Source: Candidatus Poribacteria bacterium
Lineage (GTDB): Bacteria; Poribacteria; WGA-4E; WGA-3G
Assembly: GCA_963665235.2 (NCBI GenBank)
Contig: CAXXLX010000001.1
Span: forward strand, 4,224,001-4,288,000
DNA length: 64,000 nucleotides
Direction of reading: 5' to 3'
Shown: one piece after another, positions 62,986 through 64,000 of the stretch
Numbering within the stretch: the stretch's first letter is position 1
Layout: each line of letters opens with the position of its first letter
Translations under genes and position numbers: made by a program
The notes under the pieces: model-generated
Databases searched by the model: none
What the model was told of the DNA's origin: nothing
Seen by the model: the letters and a program-made list of their open reading frames with translations, nothing else

Positions 62986-63588
62986 CTGAACACATTGTCA
63001 TAAACAAAGAAGCATTGCGGCGCAATAATTCTCTCAAAAAGCTCTGTGATGTGATTGGGAGTTTGTAGTAGGCGATTCATCGCCCGTCGCAACGTGCTGA
63101 GTGTCCCCCCTTAACCTCCTTACAGTGTGAGGCGGCAATGTTTCGTAGCAACTGACACCTAATAACTGAAAACCCCTAATCACAAAACTTGGCGTGTTAC
63201 GCATCGTCCAATCCGCGTCCTCCGCGCCAATCCGCGATTCTCAGACAACCCTCTAACCAAAAACTTTACATCCCCGCGGATTTTCCGCGCGGAGACCAGG
63301 GGCATAATGAAAAAAACGTAAAAAATTTGACTTATGTGAAAATTTAGGGTATACTTAATAACAGTATTTGGGCAAACGGCCCATTCCCTTACAAACACGC
63401 TCTCGACCTTGCACTGAATCGTTCGTTGAAATAGTCAGTAAACCTAATGTCCTTGTGCTTTCCGGAACGATCTTTGTCGTCACCGTTCTTGAGTTTCACC
63501 TCGAGTTTGACGACCTTTTGATTTACACAAATCTCCGTTTTGGTGGGTGTTCCCTATGCTTTCCGGTTTGAAAGGAAGATAACAAATC

Positions 63589-64000
63589 ATGCGAAATCAA
63601 TTGAAAAATTTATTTTATGTTTTTATCCTATTTTTTATAGGAGTAACCATAAACGCATATTCACAAGAGCATTTTATTGTTCAAACAATTTACTTTAAAC
63701 CTGCGAACGCCGCTCCACTACATGATACGAAAAAGAAAATAGCTGATGTAGTAGATGCTACTCAAAGATTATACGCTGATGAAATGCAACGTAATGGTTT
63801 TGGAAACAAAACCTTTAGAATAGAACGCGATAAAGATAATCAAGTAATAGTTCATCTTGTGAATGGCAAACATGATTCTTGGGACTATGTTGATAATACG
63901 TATAATAAAATCAAAACAGAATTACCTAATCGATTTAATCCAGATACAGCACCGTGGGGAAAACAAGATTCTATTAGATTGATTATAGTTGGAGGGGTTA
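63589..64000 (+). CDS. Secreted hypothetical protein running off the window edge
   Basis: AGGA before ATG; signal peptide; open frame reading QTIYFKP..YADEMQRNGFGNKTF. Confidence 0.7.
   Translation, partial: MRNQLKNLFYVFILFFIGVTINAYSQEHFIVQTIYFKPANAAPLHDTKKKIADVVDATQRLYADEMQRNGFGNKTFRIERDKDNQVIVHLVNGKHDSWDYVDNTYNKIKTELPNRFNPDTAPWGKQDSIRLIIVGGV

Overview
Bacterial 64-kb window with one core gene (argG) in an accessory-rich background. The gene set (PhyH dioxygenases, sulfatases, a WD40 protein, three LamG proteins with a shared KxATxWGxLK tail, Uma2, many toxin-antitoxin genes, GTAG-type REPs) resembles the sponge symbiont Candidatus Poribacteria; this is an inference, not a database result. 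The top signal is an unannotated, promoter-driven minus-strand locus at about 7450-7780. It encodes a YrlA-type tRNA-mimicking Y RNA (bulged-C Ro60-binding helix plus circularly permuted T, acceptor and D arms) followed by a second Y-RNA-like hairpin, with no Ro60/Rsr gene in the window. Other notable items: a protein-free 430-bp IS200/IS605 element mapped to the base inside a DUF4276 pseudogene; two AAC-terminated MITE families with 5-bp ANNAT target duplications; a conserved C-terminal tail on secreted LamG proteins; a sigma54-driven GltP-like transporter with altered binding residues; an XPB-Bax1 pair; leaderless genes; and several decaying ATPase/methyltransferase defence-like modules. All family calls come from motif recognition by eye; no searches were run.
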